A stretch of 64,000 nucleotides of DNA from Antedon mediterranea (GCF_964355755.1 NC_092673.1:13054948-13118947), one strand, 5' to 3'. Shown: positions 1 to 14,169, counted from the stretch's first letter. Notes: generated by a model from the letters alone, not told the origin. Made by a program: numbers and translations.

Positions 1-35
1 GTCAAAATATCAGTAGCTACATTCTCCAGAGAACA

Positions 36-1139
36 TCAAAATTTTGTATGCAAACAACTACCCATCAAACATTTAAATTCATTGTCTAGACTTTCAAATT
101 GAAATAAACATGGGAACTCTTCTTTAATTTCTGAAACTGGAGGGTTCAAATTTATAAACTGACGTCTTTGAGGATAGGTGATTTCCATTCTTCGCTCTAT
201 TAGCTTTTGATTTGGTACATTTTTCTTGTTTTCCTTCTTCATATCATCTTTATGTTTTGTCAGTGTTAGTTCATCTTCCCCTTCTGGTATTTCAACTGCA
301 AAGTTTACTTCTCCTCTATTAGCCTGAAAATTGAATTAAAGAAATAGTAATAAGTAAAAATATTAGCGATAACAATTAAAACAATATAATTTTGATAATT
401 ACATGGCAATCATAACAAAATGGAATCATTACCATAGCCAAAATAGCTGTGCTATTTCATAGTCATAGTCATATATACTTTATTGTCCATTTAAAAAACA
501 GAAATGTGATTTGAAAACTGGCAAAATACAAAAATATAAAATACAATTTACAAAAAAACACACAAAAAGTTAAGAGGCTAAAAATTGTTAAAATTAGATA
601 AAAATTAATATCGGTTACATTTTACCTTTGTACTCTGGAGTTATATAAGTGTATAGCATTAGGTACAAACGAGCACCTAAACCGTTTTTTATTTAAAGTT
701 AATAATACAGATACTCGCTTTCTTCAACTGGGATTCTAGAGCATTCTGTTTTGGATTATTTCGTTTTAAAGGGCCTTCTGATTTTTTGTTTCTACGGACA
801 TTTTTCATTTTGTCACGTATCCGCTCCTGCCATCCATCTGTTCCACTCCCTAGATTTTCTTTCAAATATGGATACTTTTGTATTAAAGCAATACAAACTT
901 CTTTTCGTTGCTGCCTACTTGGAATGTATGTATATTTCAAAATTTCTTCTGATAAATTGTCCAATATTTCTTTCCTTTGGCTCCAATTTAGAGGTTTTTT
1001 GTAGTACAGTGCATCTTGCAAATCTTTTTGAAAAACGATCTTCATTTATAGGAAATTTGGTTGGAAATCTTTCATTGAGATAGTAAGACAAGTTTCCAGT
1101 GCATGTTTCATCTGAACTTGACTGGCTGTCTTTTTCCAT
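36..1139 (-). pseudogene. Intron-split, frameshifted SAMD3-like ORF of the kind carried by animal CACTA/EnSpm elements (runs off window start)
   Basis: ORFs 689-1045 (RKEILDNLSEEI..YIPSRQQRKEVCIALIQKYPYL..GW..RDKMKNVRR) and 36-242 (MEITYPQRRQFI..PVSEIKEEFPCLF) match motifs recalled for this family; the intervening AT-rich stretch looks intronic. Confidence 0.55.
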
Positions 1140-3489
1140 TGCGGAGTCATCAGAACTCTGGGAACGATGTCGGAGAAATTGTATTTCGTAAACTAGCGTC
1201 TAATGAAAAAAGATCACTAGAACATATCCTCTAGAAGTAATGTGGAATCAGACTCACAGGAATCATTTAAGACGTGAATAAATGTAGGATGTGATGAGTT
1301 AGATTCAAAGAGAGGCAGGCATCTTAGAATGGTTCTGTCCATGCAAAGTTATTTGCACCCGCTATATATAGGTTAAATGTCAAAATAATGTGTTTCTTGA
1401 CATTGAGCACCTTTAAGTCACTACCAAACACCCAGTAGTTACCAAGTTAATGCAGGGTCTATATTTTGACCATGTTGACCTTTTGGCCCCTGTACTGACC
1501 AAGCATCCCAATTTTTTTTCGGCCAACAGCAAAAAATCGATTTATGTTGATATAAGGAAGCAAAAAAACATTGTTAATATAGTTTGCTAGAGGGTGCAAG
1601 TAAACCCCTTCTGGCTCCCCAACTATAATCAATATTTTGACAGTTCTTTTCACATTAAAAATGTATAAAACGTACTATTACATATCACAATAACAATAAT
1701 GATAGCATGTACTTGAAGGGTAGGAAACATGTATTACTCCTACTGTTATTAATTATCTATACTAGATGGTTCTCAAATACACAGTAATTTCAGCGTAACA
1801 AAACTGGCGATTTCAAATGTACTATTATATAATACATTGTCGTTTACAGAAATGAATAAATAGACACAATGATTTATGTAGTCAACTAAAATTAGCACCC
1901 TGGGAATTACTTCCGAAGGAGAAACTTATCACAAAATGTTTGATTTGGGACTCATTTAAAGAAACCCAATTTGTGTTTTGTATGTAACATTAGGTTTGAG
2001 GGATGGGAAAGTGGATAGGTACAAAGAGGAACAATTTTTAAATATATTCTTTATCCACTCAGTAACAAAATATTTTGTTCATGTTTTATAGGCCTATTAA
2101 TAATATACCTCTAAATACAGTAAAACATTTGCGATTTAATACTTTGTTAAAACTATCACTGTCATAATCGATTATTATTACTGCAAGTTTATTCTCAATG
2201 GGCCCATATATTTACCTACCATATGCGTTAAACCAAGGGCTCATAAATTTACCTACTTGTGTTAAACCAAACTCTGGCAGATTGAGAGATTGGGATGTTC
2301 CATTCATCGCAAATCAATACATTTGCATAATCGTATATTAAATCTATCAAAATAGTATTTTTTAAAGAAAATCGGCCTGTCTTCAACATTATGATGCTGT
2401 ACTCTAGCTGTTCAACCGGTTTTCAGCTATTAAAAACAATTATCGTAGGAGGAGATAGGAAAATGCGAAGCCTCCTCGCATTTTTGTGGCGGGTATTTTT
2501 CAAGATGGACATCCATTAGACAGTGTATACCACGATCGGAAAACACCCCTATTTGGGGCAAATCGTTGAACCTAAATTCGTTTTAATCGTCAATAACTAA
2601 TTATCTAACTTAATTTAATTAGTAAACAGGGTTACATCAGGTGGTTAAAATCAGTACCGAAAGTACGAACCAACTTTATATACCATCGAGTAAAAATTCT
2701 AGAAGTAAGGCGCGATTTACCGAATTTTGCCCTTACGTAAATTTATATATAGATATAAATTATGGTTAATTCTGACATAGGTGAGCACAATGGAAAAACT
2801 TTGGTACTATTCTCCTCCTTATATATACCTACAGTACCTTAGATGTACCGCGAAACGTAGATTTGATAACATCAGTTTTCAGTACGCGGGTTGGAGTAAT
2901 TTCCGGGTTCACGATAAGTTCACATGTTCACGTTGCTACTTCCTGGTTTCAACTAAGTTGGCCGTTAGTGGCTATATAGCCATTTTAGTTTTTTGTTTAT
3001 TTTCGGATCTTACCGCGAGTGTGAAGGTTCGGTAGTTAAAAAATAAAAATTATACTGCAAATCAATAAAGATCAAATTAAATATACGCCATAAAGCATGG
3101 GAATATATTGTGGGGAATAGTATTATCAAATTAAATAGGGAGATTTGATGATAAGACATTTTGTTTAAAATCGAGTGAAATCCCGATAGCCGAGTTTTAT
3201 TGAGTAAGCTGGCAGGAATAACTGTAGGCTATCTGTGTCCCGTTAGGACCGGGATGTCTGCCCATGTTGCAAGCCATCTAAAACGTCTTCTTTCCGCGGA
3301 AGTTAGTTTCAAAAGATGTTTAAATTAAATAATGTATTAATTATTAGGATGACATTTATTTGAATACAATTTACCATGCATTTGTTATTCTTTTTTTACC
3401 ACTTTTTATATATCTATTAGAGGATTTTAATTGATTATAAATGTTACCATATTATTAAAACTAAAAAATTTAACATATCCCTTGAATAA

Positions 3490-3903
3490 TATCGACAGCC
3501 CCTCGGGTTTTTACAAAACTGATGAAGCCAGTCGTGGCTCATTTACGAAAGAAAGCGATGAAGGTCGTAATTTATTTAGACGATCTGATCCTCATTACAA
3601 AATCCATAGAAGAATGTGTGCAACAAAGGGATTACATTGTTCAATTTTTCAATCAGTTAGGACTGACAATAAATACGGAAAAGTCATCTGATCAACTCAC
3701 AAACGACCGAAAAAATGAAAAATATTCAATCCACATGCAAAAACATAATAAACCATCCAGTGATAAAAGCGGATGCACTTGCAAGCATCCTTGGGAAAAT
3801 GACTGCCACTTCAGAAAATATACTTCCAGCTCCCCTATTCTACAGATCACTTCAATCCGAACTGATTCAATCCCACATATCAAGGTCAAATAAAAATTAT
3901 TAA
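3490..3903 (+). pseudogene. DIRS-type reverse transcriptase fragment
   Basis: Translation APRVFTKLMKPVVAHLRKK..VIYLDDLIL..LGLTINTEKS, then LASILGKM..PAPLFYRSLQ; internally deleted. Confidence 0.75.
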
Positions 3904-4339
3904 ACCCCAGTATTCAAGAGACCCATTGCTTACATCGATTCAACGGTGCGTCGAGAAAGACATACAAGACACTGCGGGTTTGAAATCATTTAACCGATTT
4001 TATCATATACCCACATCTAATACAGTAGTGGCTAGAGCATTGTGACTGATACCTACCTCCCAATAGAAGGCACAGTAAGTTTTCATCATTCAATCAAGAA
4101 GTGTAAACTAAAGACATTTGTACAACTTGCCAAATCACGTAAGATCCTGTTCCATAGGCACTTGCAACGGCTGATGGTGTTCCAGTGAAGACAGACAAGG
4201 CAAAGCTCATGCATGCACTGTATTTTGTTGCGAAGATACAATTTTTAGCATTATAAAATGAGGACAATGATCTTTAACACCCCCCAAAAAATATTCCCCA
4301 CCCCCTATCCTTCCTTACTTTTTTTGGTAATTAAAAGGC

Positions 4340-4660
4340 AACGCATTCTGAAATTAATGGAATTTGTAACGGGCAATCTATCATCTCCAATAAAATAATC
4401 ACATGCTTGTTCAAGGCGACTGTTAGATCTAGTTATGTGCATTACAAAACATTTGTCAGTATTTAGTAGCATTTTGTTCGTCACACACCAGTTGTTAATA
4501 GCATGAAGATCCGACTGCAAGATCATTTCATCATTATCATTATGGTTATCTTTATCTTTGTTTTTGTTTCTGATGGCTCTGTATATGAGAGTATCATCAG
4601 CATATTGTTGTATCTGTGATTCAATGCAGGAGGGGAGATCGGATACAAAGAGGAGAAGAA
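4340..4660 (-). pseudogene. Non-LTR (CR1/L2-like) RT fragment
   Basis: QQYADDTLIY..LQSDL..W...NKMLLNTDKCFVMHI in ORF 4305-4799. Confidence 0.75.
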
Positions 4661-4664
4661 CCGA

Positions 4665-4830
4665 CGTAGGAGGACGCTCACGATGCATGCCTCGCAGGAG
4701 GTGCGTGATAACAGAGTTAGAGACCGTCGAACCGTCCGGAAACACCGGCAATATAGCCGCGATGGCCAACTGGTAACCTGCAATCGTGCCGGGTTGCAAC
4801 CCCGAATTGAACAGGAAAAATAGAAAGTCA
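4665..4830 (-). pseudogene. DIRS tyrosine-recombinase N-terminal fragment fused to the LINE fragment
   Basis: GC-richer patch translating LQPGTIAGYQLAIAAI..VSNSVITHLLRGMHRERPP, typical of DIRS YR N-termini. Confidence 0.5.
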
Positions 4831-4949
4831 CAGATCTGACCCAGAGACGCAGCTTTTTTACCAACATTGAAACGATTAGCACTTTGAAAATGTAATTACT
4901 ACTAAATATTCCTAAAATATGTTGTTTTGTAGACAGAAATGTTTTCCAT

Positions 4950-5730
4950 AATGTGCTGGTACCGTTGATGGTACCCACCTACCAATCTCGGGTCCATCAG
5001 GGAATAAGGAGGATTATCATTACAGGAAAGGGTGGTACAGCATCATACTTCAAGCTGTTGTTGACCACAAGTATAGGTACCATATAACAATTTACAGCTG
5101 TTGTAAAAAGTATCAATAATGTATTTAGCACTGTTTTTAAGGTCTCTTAATAATTATTACAGATTTACTGATATATATGCGGGATGACCAGGTCACACAC
5201 ATGATGCTAGGGTCTTTGTCCACTCAGCACGTTTCTTAAAAATGTTTGAATATTACTATACATACTATACATGAAATGCAATTTAGATACTGTAAATAAT
5301 ATGCCATTTCCCCTTTTTTTGTTATGTAGAAAAAGAAGCAGTTAAATGGAGTGGATGTGCCAGTCTGCTTGATTGGCGATCCTGCTTATCTGTTGCAGCC
5401 ATGGCTGATCAACAACAATCATCTGACTGAAAGCCAACGTAATTTCAACCGGGGATTAAGTTCTGCCAGAGTTGTGCTTGAAAATGCTTTTGGAAGGCTT
5501 ACAGGGCGATGGAGAAGACTGCTGAAGCACGACGACACCTCTATCATATTTTCCAGCAACACTGTTGCAGCCTGCTGTGTGTTACACAACTTTTGTGAAA
5601 TTCACAAAGATGAATCGACCCACAGTGGGATGTGACAAGGGATGAGGAGATGGAACAAGGTTTGATTCAACCTGATGCTGACCCAATCAACGATAACAGA
5701 CCTGAAAGAGCAGCTGATTTAAGAGATGCT
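4950..5730 (+). pseudogene. PIF/Harbinger transposase remnant (HARBI1-like, DDE_Tnp_4), intron-containing
   Basis: GTVDGTHLPI, YRKGWYSIILQAVVDHKY, gt-ag intron, RFTDIYAG*PGHTHDARVF, LIGDPAY..PWL, SARVVLENAFGRLTGRWR, ACCVLHNFC. Confidence 0.85.
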
Positions 5731-6081
5731 AATTTAAATTAAATTCACTGTACAAAGTTAAAATACCAATAAGCTTTGTTTTTTTTTAAAATTTTGTTTG
5801 TATTATATACATAAAATGGTATCGCCAACACCTTAACCAAAGAAATGCAAGAATAACTTCAAACATTCATTTTGTCAACAGTTTATTTTTATCTTTCACC
5901 CACCCGAGTGATGTTGATCTAATGTAATTTTAATTGTTTTTTTATCATCCGCAAATAATCTACACTTCTACTTACTGTTATTTGATGAAGGACAGACAGT
6001 TGCGATACACAACTTCTTTCAGGGGACATTGACACAAATCCTGGACCAGACAGGCCTAGGTCTGTTCCAGTTATTCTGGTT

Positions 6082-7397
6082 GTGGTGCAAGCACTTCTAA
6101 AACATGCTACTGATAATTGCTTGTTTATCAAAAACCAACATGGGTTTTTACCTAATAAATCATGTGCCACGCAACTTGCAACTATTATCCATGACTGGTC
6201 CTCTATTTTAGATAAAAGATCTCCATCCCATATTGATGCCATTTTTTTAGATATCTCGAAGGCCTTTGACCGGATGCCTCATGACATTCTCCTCAATAAG
6301 CTTTCCCAGCAATTTAACATTACTGGTGATATATGGTACTGGTTAAAGTCTTTTTTAATTAAAAGATACCAAAAGGTTCAATTTAAAGGGTCTTCATCTA
6401 ACTGGGTGGAGGTAACCAGTGGGGTACCTCAAGGCAGTGTACTCGGTCCCATTCTTTTTAACTTTTTTATTAACGATATTATTTGTTCACTTAAATGTAA
6501 AACTGCTATTTTTGCTGATGATACTCTTATTTATAATGCAATTAACTCTCCTCAGGATTCTCTAAACCTTCAAGTTGATCTGGACCGACTTGGTCTGTGG
6601 AGCCAAGCAAATCGCATGCCTTTCAATGTTATGAAGACGAATGTCCTGCATGTCACACGTTCGCGTAACAGACAGTTCTCTAAATACCTTTTGTTTGGCT
6701 CTCATATTAGTCCGGTGACAAAGCTAAACGTATGTTGGGCTTTGTTTGGAGTGTGGCTGGACATGCTTCGACCAGTGCATTTTTGTCTTTGTACAAAAGT
6801 CTTGTTTTGCCTGGTCTGGAGTATGCGCAACCTGCTTGGTTTCCATGGACGAAGTCTTTGTCAGATCAGCTTGAGGGGGTCCATAGGAGAGCAACTCGTC
6901 TTGCTCTCAAACAGCATCGTGGACAGATGTGCTTTGAGGAGAGGTTAAATTTGCTTTCAGTTTCATCTTTGTCTGTTAGAAGAGATAAATTTCTTATTAT
7001 ATTTTGTTTTAAGGTTCTGGTGGGGTTTCTGGACTGCAGCACAGTTCATAACTGTATTTTAATAAATACTCGTCACAATGATCGCTTGTGCTTCAGACAT
7101 CAAGCATCAAGGACACAGGCTTTTTTTCCATTCTATAGCAATCAGGTTACCCCGTGTCTGGGACCAGCTTCCCAGAAAGCCCATCAGCCTTCATTAGAAA
7201 AGTTCATATTCATTTTGTTTCGCTGTAACTGTATTTTGTCTTTACGTCTTTTATGTATAAACTGACTTTGGGGTTGGGTCAACCGGCTCAGCTACAGTGA
7301 TTAAGTTCACTTAGGTTGACCCTGGTCTCCCCAATTTCAGTTTTTTTGTTTTGTATATACTTAAATAGACCAAATAAATAATGAAATGAAATGAAAC
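6082..7397 (+). mobile_element. 5'-truncated CR1/L2-clade LINE: RT domain, frameshifted C-terminus, 3' UTR and simple-repeat tail
   Basis: NQHGF, FLDISKAFD, VTSGVPQGSVLGPILF, FADDT motifs; 3' UTR hairpin gggtcaacc(7276)..ggttgaccc(7314); tail aaataaata-(atgaa)3 at 7372-7396. Confidence 0.9.
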
Positions 7398-8139
7398 AAG
7401 AGGAACGCAAACCACTAGGGTACTATTGCTGGCCACCAGTCGCGTTATTAGCCGTAATTAACTCCATTACTTAGTTATTATTTAAACTTATTAGTTCAAA
7501 TTTTAAATGTTTAATGTTATTGTTTTTAATTCAATAATTCAATATATGATGTATGATGTTTGGTTTCTTGTTAGTATAAGTAGTTAATTTACTATCACAT
7601 TCAATCTGTAAAAAAAGAGAATAAATTATTGTGTTTATGATTGTTATTTACGATCCAAGAAAACCTGTGCGAATCACCGAGCCATGACGAATGACGGAAG
7701 GTCATCACGGAGTCATTTGCGTGACCAAGGCAAACGTAGCACTTGATAATTGGTTTATCGAAAGTAAATTTTTTTTTAAATCATCAAAATTACTTACTTT
7801 TACTTTATTTGCCGATGACTCCAGTATATTATATAACCACAACAATTTAAATATACTGTATTGGATAGTTGGTGATTGGTTCAACGCAAATCAAATGGCA
7901 ATAAATATATCTAAAACTAATTAAATAATTTTCAGACTAGGGCAAAAAAGATATGATAAAACCCTCAAACAAGTAAAGAACACATGAAGGCCGCCAGGCC
8001 AACCAACGTTTGGCTGATGCTGTTGCTGCATCTCCCAGCAGCATTTAGGCTTTGATCCTGAGGACTGCAAAACCAATGACAGACCTCTGCTGGACCAGCA
8101 TGCAGAATAGTGGGGTTAGTTAGGATATTTTTTTCTCTC

Positions 8140-8580
8140 TGCGCTACGCGAAATTGATCAATGTCTTATGAGTCGGCATGGACAACCTGGACCATGTCAA
8201 AACAAAAAGAATCCTCACGCAACTAGATTTAAAGATCACCTGATGAACCTTCTTCCTGAATGGAATGTGTTTTCTAAAATGAATAAAGGAAGAGGACATA
8301 TATATCTAACAAATGAATTACAAGAAGAGGATGCTCTGATTTTGATGCATGCTGCTGCTAATGCAAAAGCTCTGTCTTTAGAATTAGAAACCCTTTGATG
8401 GTTCATTTATATCTGACTCTCTTTACAACACCAGTCAGTAAGGAGTTTCTTTAACATAGTACTGTGCCCAACATAACATCACTTAAGGAAAAAGAAGAAG
8501 CCAATGATAGAACAAAAATGGATGACAGACAGGAGATTGCCTGTAACATTTCACAGCTACTAATATACAATGCTTGTAAA
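8140..8580 (+). pseudogene. Academ-like transposase remnant
   Basis: HATRFKDHLMNLLPEW..EDALILMHAA and IACNISQLLIYN resemble Academ transposase N-half motifs; multiple stops. Confidence 0.45.
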
Positions 8581-9153
8581 GGTTGCCTAGAAACAAGATT
8601 GCCTGTAACATTTCACAGCTACTAATATACAATGCTTGTAAAGGTAGCCTAGAAACAAGATTGCCTGTAACATTTCACAGCTACTAATATACAATGCTTG
8701 TAAAGGTAGCCTAGAAACAAGATTGCCTGTAACATTTCACAGCTACTAATATACAATGCTTGTAAAGGTAGCCTAGAAACAAGATTGCCTGTAACATTTC
8801 ACAGCTACTAATATACAATGCTTGTAAAGGTAGCCTAGAAACAAGATTGCCTGTAACATTTCACAGCTACTAATATACAATGCTTGTAAAGGTAGCCTAG
8901 AAACAAGATTGCCTGTAACATTTCACAGCTACTAATATACAATGCTTGTAAAGGTAGCATAGAAACAAGATTGCCTGTAACATTTCACAGCTACTAATAT
9001 ACAATGCCTGTAAAGGTAGCCTAGAAACAAGATTGCCTGTAACATTTCACAGCTACTAATATACAATGCTTGTAAAGGTAGCCTAGAAACAAGATTGCCT
9101 GTAACATTTCACAGCTACTAATATACAATGCTTGTAAAGGTAGCCTAGAAACA
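8534..9153. repeat. Minisatellite, 62-bp unit x 10 nearly identical copies
   Basis: Unit agattgcctgtaacatttcacagctactaatatacaatgcttgtaaaggtagcctagaaaca starts at 8534, 8596 and so on, ending at 9153; only scattered single-base variants. Confidence 0.97.
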
Positions 9154-9871
9154 ACATCCCATTCCTCATCAAAGGTAATACTTTTTTTACGCCATCGGCT
9201 GTTATAGAAAAATACTATAATGCTAAAATATCATTTGGTCAAAAATTAGCCTCTAAATCAGTAAACTTTCTAATGTCTGCTGAAAATATATCGAGCATGA
9301 TCGGTCCAATTAAGGTTATGTAATGGACAATGGCAACAGCATAAATTTATTTTTTATCATTTTAAATCAATATTTCTCTCAAATGACATGATAACTTTTG
9401 TGGAACTTTTGGCTCAAGCATTCCTATATTATAGTTTAACAATAGACAAAAGTTCTTTTATTATGCTTAATAAAGAACGGGAAAAAATCTTTTCAGCTTC
9501 ACCGTAAGGCCTACATTGGAATATGTCACCAATAATGAGAAACACAATTCCCTTTGTGAAAATATACTAACCTACTATTCAAAAGAAATTTATAATACTT
9601 AACCAATAAAATGATCGCCGTGGTTAGGATTCCGGCACTGGAAGTCAACTGCCTATTGTAACAAATTCCGACAGACACTAACAGTGAGACAATCGGGCCC
9701 TCGCCATCTAAACCTGAAAAAAACATTTCTCTAGGAAATGGTGGGTAAAGACGATAGTGAATAAAAGACAAATTTTTAATTAAAAAAAAAACTAATATTT
9801 CAGTAACTGTATTTATGTAATGAAACCGGCTGCAGGGTTATTATCTTTACGCATGCCTTTTTCCGATCAGT

Positions 9872-11190
9872 GTGCGGTGTGCGTTCCTCCAACGTTTTAC
9901 ACTTGTTCTGTCATCTAATTCATTACACAAAATGAACTACATTGAACCTGGGAGTGCGAATATTCACGAAGTGGTTGCAGATGTAAGGAATAGTTTTCAG
10001 TGGGTTTGCTTAGATCACAAATTAGATGTTGAAATTTGTGATGGAGTCCATGAAACAGCAAACATAACATCAACTTCTTCTATAAATAGAGACAAGGTTC
10101 TTGCAATGGTGTCAGACTGCCAGCTGGCATGGAACCAGCTACGAAAGCTAGAAGGTAAACAGAACAATTGTGTAATTAAATAAAACCATGCACATGCAAT
10201 TTAGATACAGTCAAATATGTCTAGTAATCAAGCAAGACTATATTATTAATCCATTTATGTACTAGATATGTGGAAGGAGACAATAAGATTGGAGAAAAAG
10301 ATGCGGCAACGGCAAAATGATCTAATTGGGGATCATTTTAAAATGAAAAACATGAAAAAAGTGGTATTTTCATACCTCGATGAACACACACGGTACGTTG
10401 AATTTAAATGTAAATATGTGCTTACAACTGTATAACAGTTGTGAATACAGTACTTACTTTTACAACTATACTTTTGTTCATAACGATTTTGCTATGGAAA
10501 TATACGTAAAGAGACATTAATTAAAAACTGAATAAGTATTTGTTACTAAAATTGTTTGCAGACTGTACAACCTTTCTCCTAATAAGAACGCGATTTGGCT
10601 GAAGTTCGGTGGGGATGGAGGTGAGAGTACAAAGTTTAAAGTACAGATATGCAGCCTCGCGAAACCCAATTCAATCAAAACAATAACATCATAGTTGTAC
10701 TCATATTTGATGCCCCAGACATGATGTTCAATGTTAACCGCACTCTTCCATCAGTGGCCCATCAAGTTGTTGCTTTGAACGGGGAAAAATGGCGGTAAAA
10801 ATACAACTAGTATATCAACTTAACAATTATGTGATTGTGGATGTGTATATATGTAATAAACTAAAAATATATGTATAATTTCTTTCAGCAATTACAGAGT
10901 TTTCTGTTTTGGGGACTACGAGTATCTCACAAAACTGTATGGAATAAATGGACCAAATGGTAAACTATTAATTTATTTCATCATCATTTAATTTATACAA
11001 AATCATCCTAAGCCGAGGACAATTTTATTTATACTATTGCATATTTTAGCATTTTTTAACATTGCAAATAAATTTGAATACTTTTAGGTCGATACTGCTC
11101 ACTCTTGTTAGAAACCAAAGCTGAAATTCAATTGAAGTCACCACCTGCCAAACAGCGCTCATTGGCTTCCATAAGAGCCAACTACATTGC
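9872..11190 (+). pseudogene. Intron-containing DDE transposase remnant, probably RAG1/Transib/Chapaev-related
   Basis: Exonic peptides IWLKFGGDGGESTKFKVQICSLAKPNS (~10593) and YRVFCFGDYEYLTKLYGINGPNG|intron|RYCSL; gt..ag junctions visible. Confidence 0.5.
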
Positions 11191-13339
11191 ATTGACACAC
11201 ACAAATATATATATAATTATATATTATTTTTTCCCGAGAAATCTTATGTATGAGAATTTTACAGTAGGCTGGGGTCTAGTTCTTTCCTTTATTGGAACAA
11301 GTCCTATTAAATAAATATGCATGGTATTGATGCGTTTATCAATTTATACACAGTCAACTAAAGTCACATTAATATACAACCCGTCGACATCAAGCTTCCA
11401 GTGTTCCAAAAGAACTATTTTACAGTATCACTCAGAAAAGCCATATCCAAGAAGTCCATGTCATTGGGCAAATACTTCATGAGGCTGGCAACACAGATAA
11501 GAGACTTGATGTGGATAAGTCCCTTGCACTTATGACAGATTGTCACTTTGCTTAGCAGCAACTTTGATTCCGGCATTGCCGACGTAAATGCCGACATGAT
11601 GTCACTAGACGCCGGCAAAAAAATCGTGAGCCATGCCTAGCCATGCAACAGGATCAATGTAAAGAATTTCCGATGTAAACAGTAGATTTTTAAATGTCAC
11701 ATGTTCAATGTTATTGCTGCATATTCTACTTACACCGCATTGACAGTTTATCTTTTGAGCATGATCAATGGCCGGGCGAGCGCAAGGATGCCAGGGAGAA
11801 CCTTTATTTTGGGTTATACCATTATTATTCATGGGGAATTGTTAAGCGATAAAAAAGCATATATTGAACATTAATCCAATACAATAAAACATAACACAAG
11901 AAACACTGAAATTAACCTTTTAATATACATGGATATTTACAGAAAAACAATCATTATAGTTAACACATCCTTCTTTGGATTTTATATCAACCTATGAAGT
12001 ACCATATAATTTACCCTTCTAATTCAAAATGATGAAAACAAAGACGTTTGAGAATTGGAAAACATTTGGGGTATGAGGTGGATGAGAAAGGGATGCGTAA
12101 ATGCAAGTGCGTACGTAAAGGGGAAAGGTAACATGAAGCTTAGTCATTTTCGCAATCATATTAAAAAAAGTGGATTGCATATGACAGCAGTGTTACGACT
12201 TGGAGAGCGACAGAAAGCAGCAAACTTAACAACAGTAACTGTGGAAGAAACCCAGCGCTGAAGAACCTGATGCTCCAAAAACAAACTACAATGATACCCT
12301 ATCTCCATCAGATAATGCTTCGACAGAGACAACTGACACGAAAGTTTCAGTTGTGCCACTTGTTAGTTGCTCAGGAGAAACAATCTTTTAGATTGTACAG
12401 TAAAATAGATATTGTACATACACAATCTTCGGATACTAATCAGGTTTTTTAATGACCAGATTAGTACTCCGAAAAACCCAACAATGAAAAAATTAGGCCC
12501 AAAGCTGAAAGGGGTGTTAGGTGGGTGTACTTAGCTAAGTCATGTGTTATACCTTACAAGCATGGGCGACATTTCAAAATTCTTGACTCCTCTTCGCAAG
12601 GCCCTCTAGGCTATGGAGCTCATTCTCCCAGAACTGATCACGGTATGCAAGATCGCAATCGATCATGTTACCGAATTATCCGAACTCCTAGATAACAGCA
12701 ATAACGCAATTTTCGAGACAAGAGGGAACGATATTATAAAACTTTACTTAATTAAAGATATCAGTTCATCAAGACATGCAGACAAGAAATACCTAAGATA
12801 CGTCTGTTCACCACTCTTTCCATACATACTCGGTAATAATTAAAACTGTATTTTAGGCTTATCATTGCTTTAGAAAGTGATGATAAGCCAACATCTGTTA
12901 AACTGTTAGGCATTTTTATTTTATAGATAAAAGGCAAATTAAATTGAACACCACCATACTGCTTTGAATTGCCAATAAAGTAAAACATTTTTTTTACCTC
13001 ACAGAAAGAAATATGAGAGAGTTTACGAAACACGACGGGAGCTCAGACAACGAGTGATTGACACTGCGCCTGCGTAAGTAATTTCACCAGTTGTCGTCTG
13101 GTAGAAGACAACAGCAAAATTGCTGTTTTGCAGTTCACAGTGCACGAATAAAAAACACAAACAATGACTTCTAAATTAGCTGCCCAAAGTATGTATATTT
13201 GGTTATGTTTATATTTAAAATGATCATCAATTAAATAATGGGATCCTAAATAATGTTTGCATCGATTTCTGATTTATGACCTAATTTAATAATAGATAAA
13301 ATTATCACTTAAAATAAAGTGCCATTTGCTGCCTAAAAG

Positions 13340-14075
13340 TAGGCTAGGCCTAGGCCTAGAAAGAATAGGCCGCAGGTAGGCGCACCTAGGCTAGGCCTAG
13401 TAGCTATTACTATCTAGGCCTAGGCTACTAGGCCTAACTAAACTACGGCCTATTCTATGCCTAGTCCTCCTACATATACTAAGTCACTAACTAGGCCTAG
13501 CCGGCCTAGCTAGGCTGGGAAGGCCCTCTATTTTTTAACCTCCTATTCATAATGCCATGCTCGTAGGTAGGCCTAGGCCCCTAGGCCAGGCCTAGCTAGG
13601 CTAGGCCTAATTGTTTTTTTTTTAAATATAGGTAGGCCTAGCCTAGGCCTATATATTTTTGTGGCAATAGAAGTTGAATATATATGTTTAGCCTGGGGTG
13701 TCACGAAACCTCAGACCACGAAAGCTCAGACTCCCTAAGACCTAAGATCACGAAAGCTAAGACCCAACACCTAAGATTACAAATACTAAGATATACTACA
13801 GCTTACTACACCCGTTTAGCCTAGCTAGCATTAGACTAGCTTCTAAGGGTAGGCTAGGCCACAAATAGGTTCAAGGCCAGTGGCCCTAGCTAGGCTAGGC
13901 CTAGTAGTACTAGCTATATGCTAGTAGGCCCAAGCAAGACACACAAATTTAGCTTTTGGCGCAACCCATCCTACTTCTACTCTACTTCTAGAGACTAGCT
14001 AGGTCATACCAGTCATTTTTCATCCAGACCTGTCTACATTGGTTATACCTAGACTTGGTTTTAGGCCTAGCCTAC
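13340..14075. repeat. Low-complexity TAGGCCTA/CTAG palindrome-rich tract
   Basis: Dozens of taggccta, ctag and aggcct words. Confidence 0.85.
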
Positions 14076-14169
14076 TATAATATACTGAGCTATAACAACA
14101 TCAATGACAGAATACTTTTATTCTGTAGTGTTATTGATTGATATTACATACATTTTTTATCCTATTTTA

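Noticed and set aside
3519-3550. Hammerhead ribozyme core (ctgatga-stem-gaaa)
   Set aside because: Seven extra bases separate the stem from GAAA, no flanking stems are evident, and the bases encode the DIRS RT peptide LMKPVVAHLRK
8534-9153. CRISPR-like regular array
   Set aside because: Units are head-to-tail and identical with no unique spacers; no cas genes; eukaryotic context
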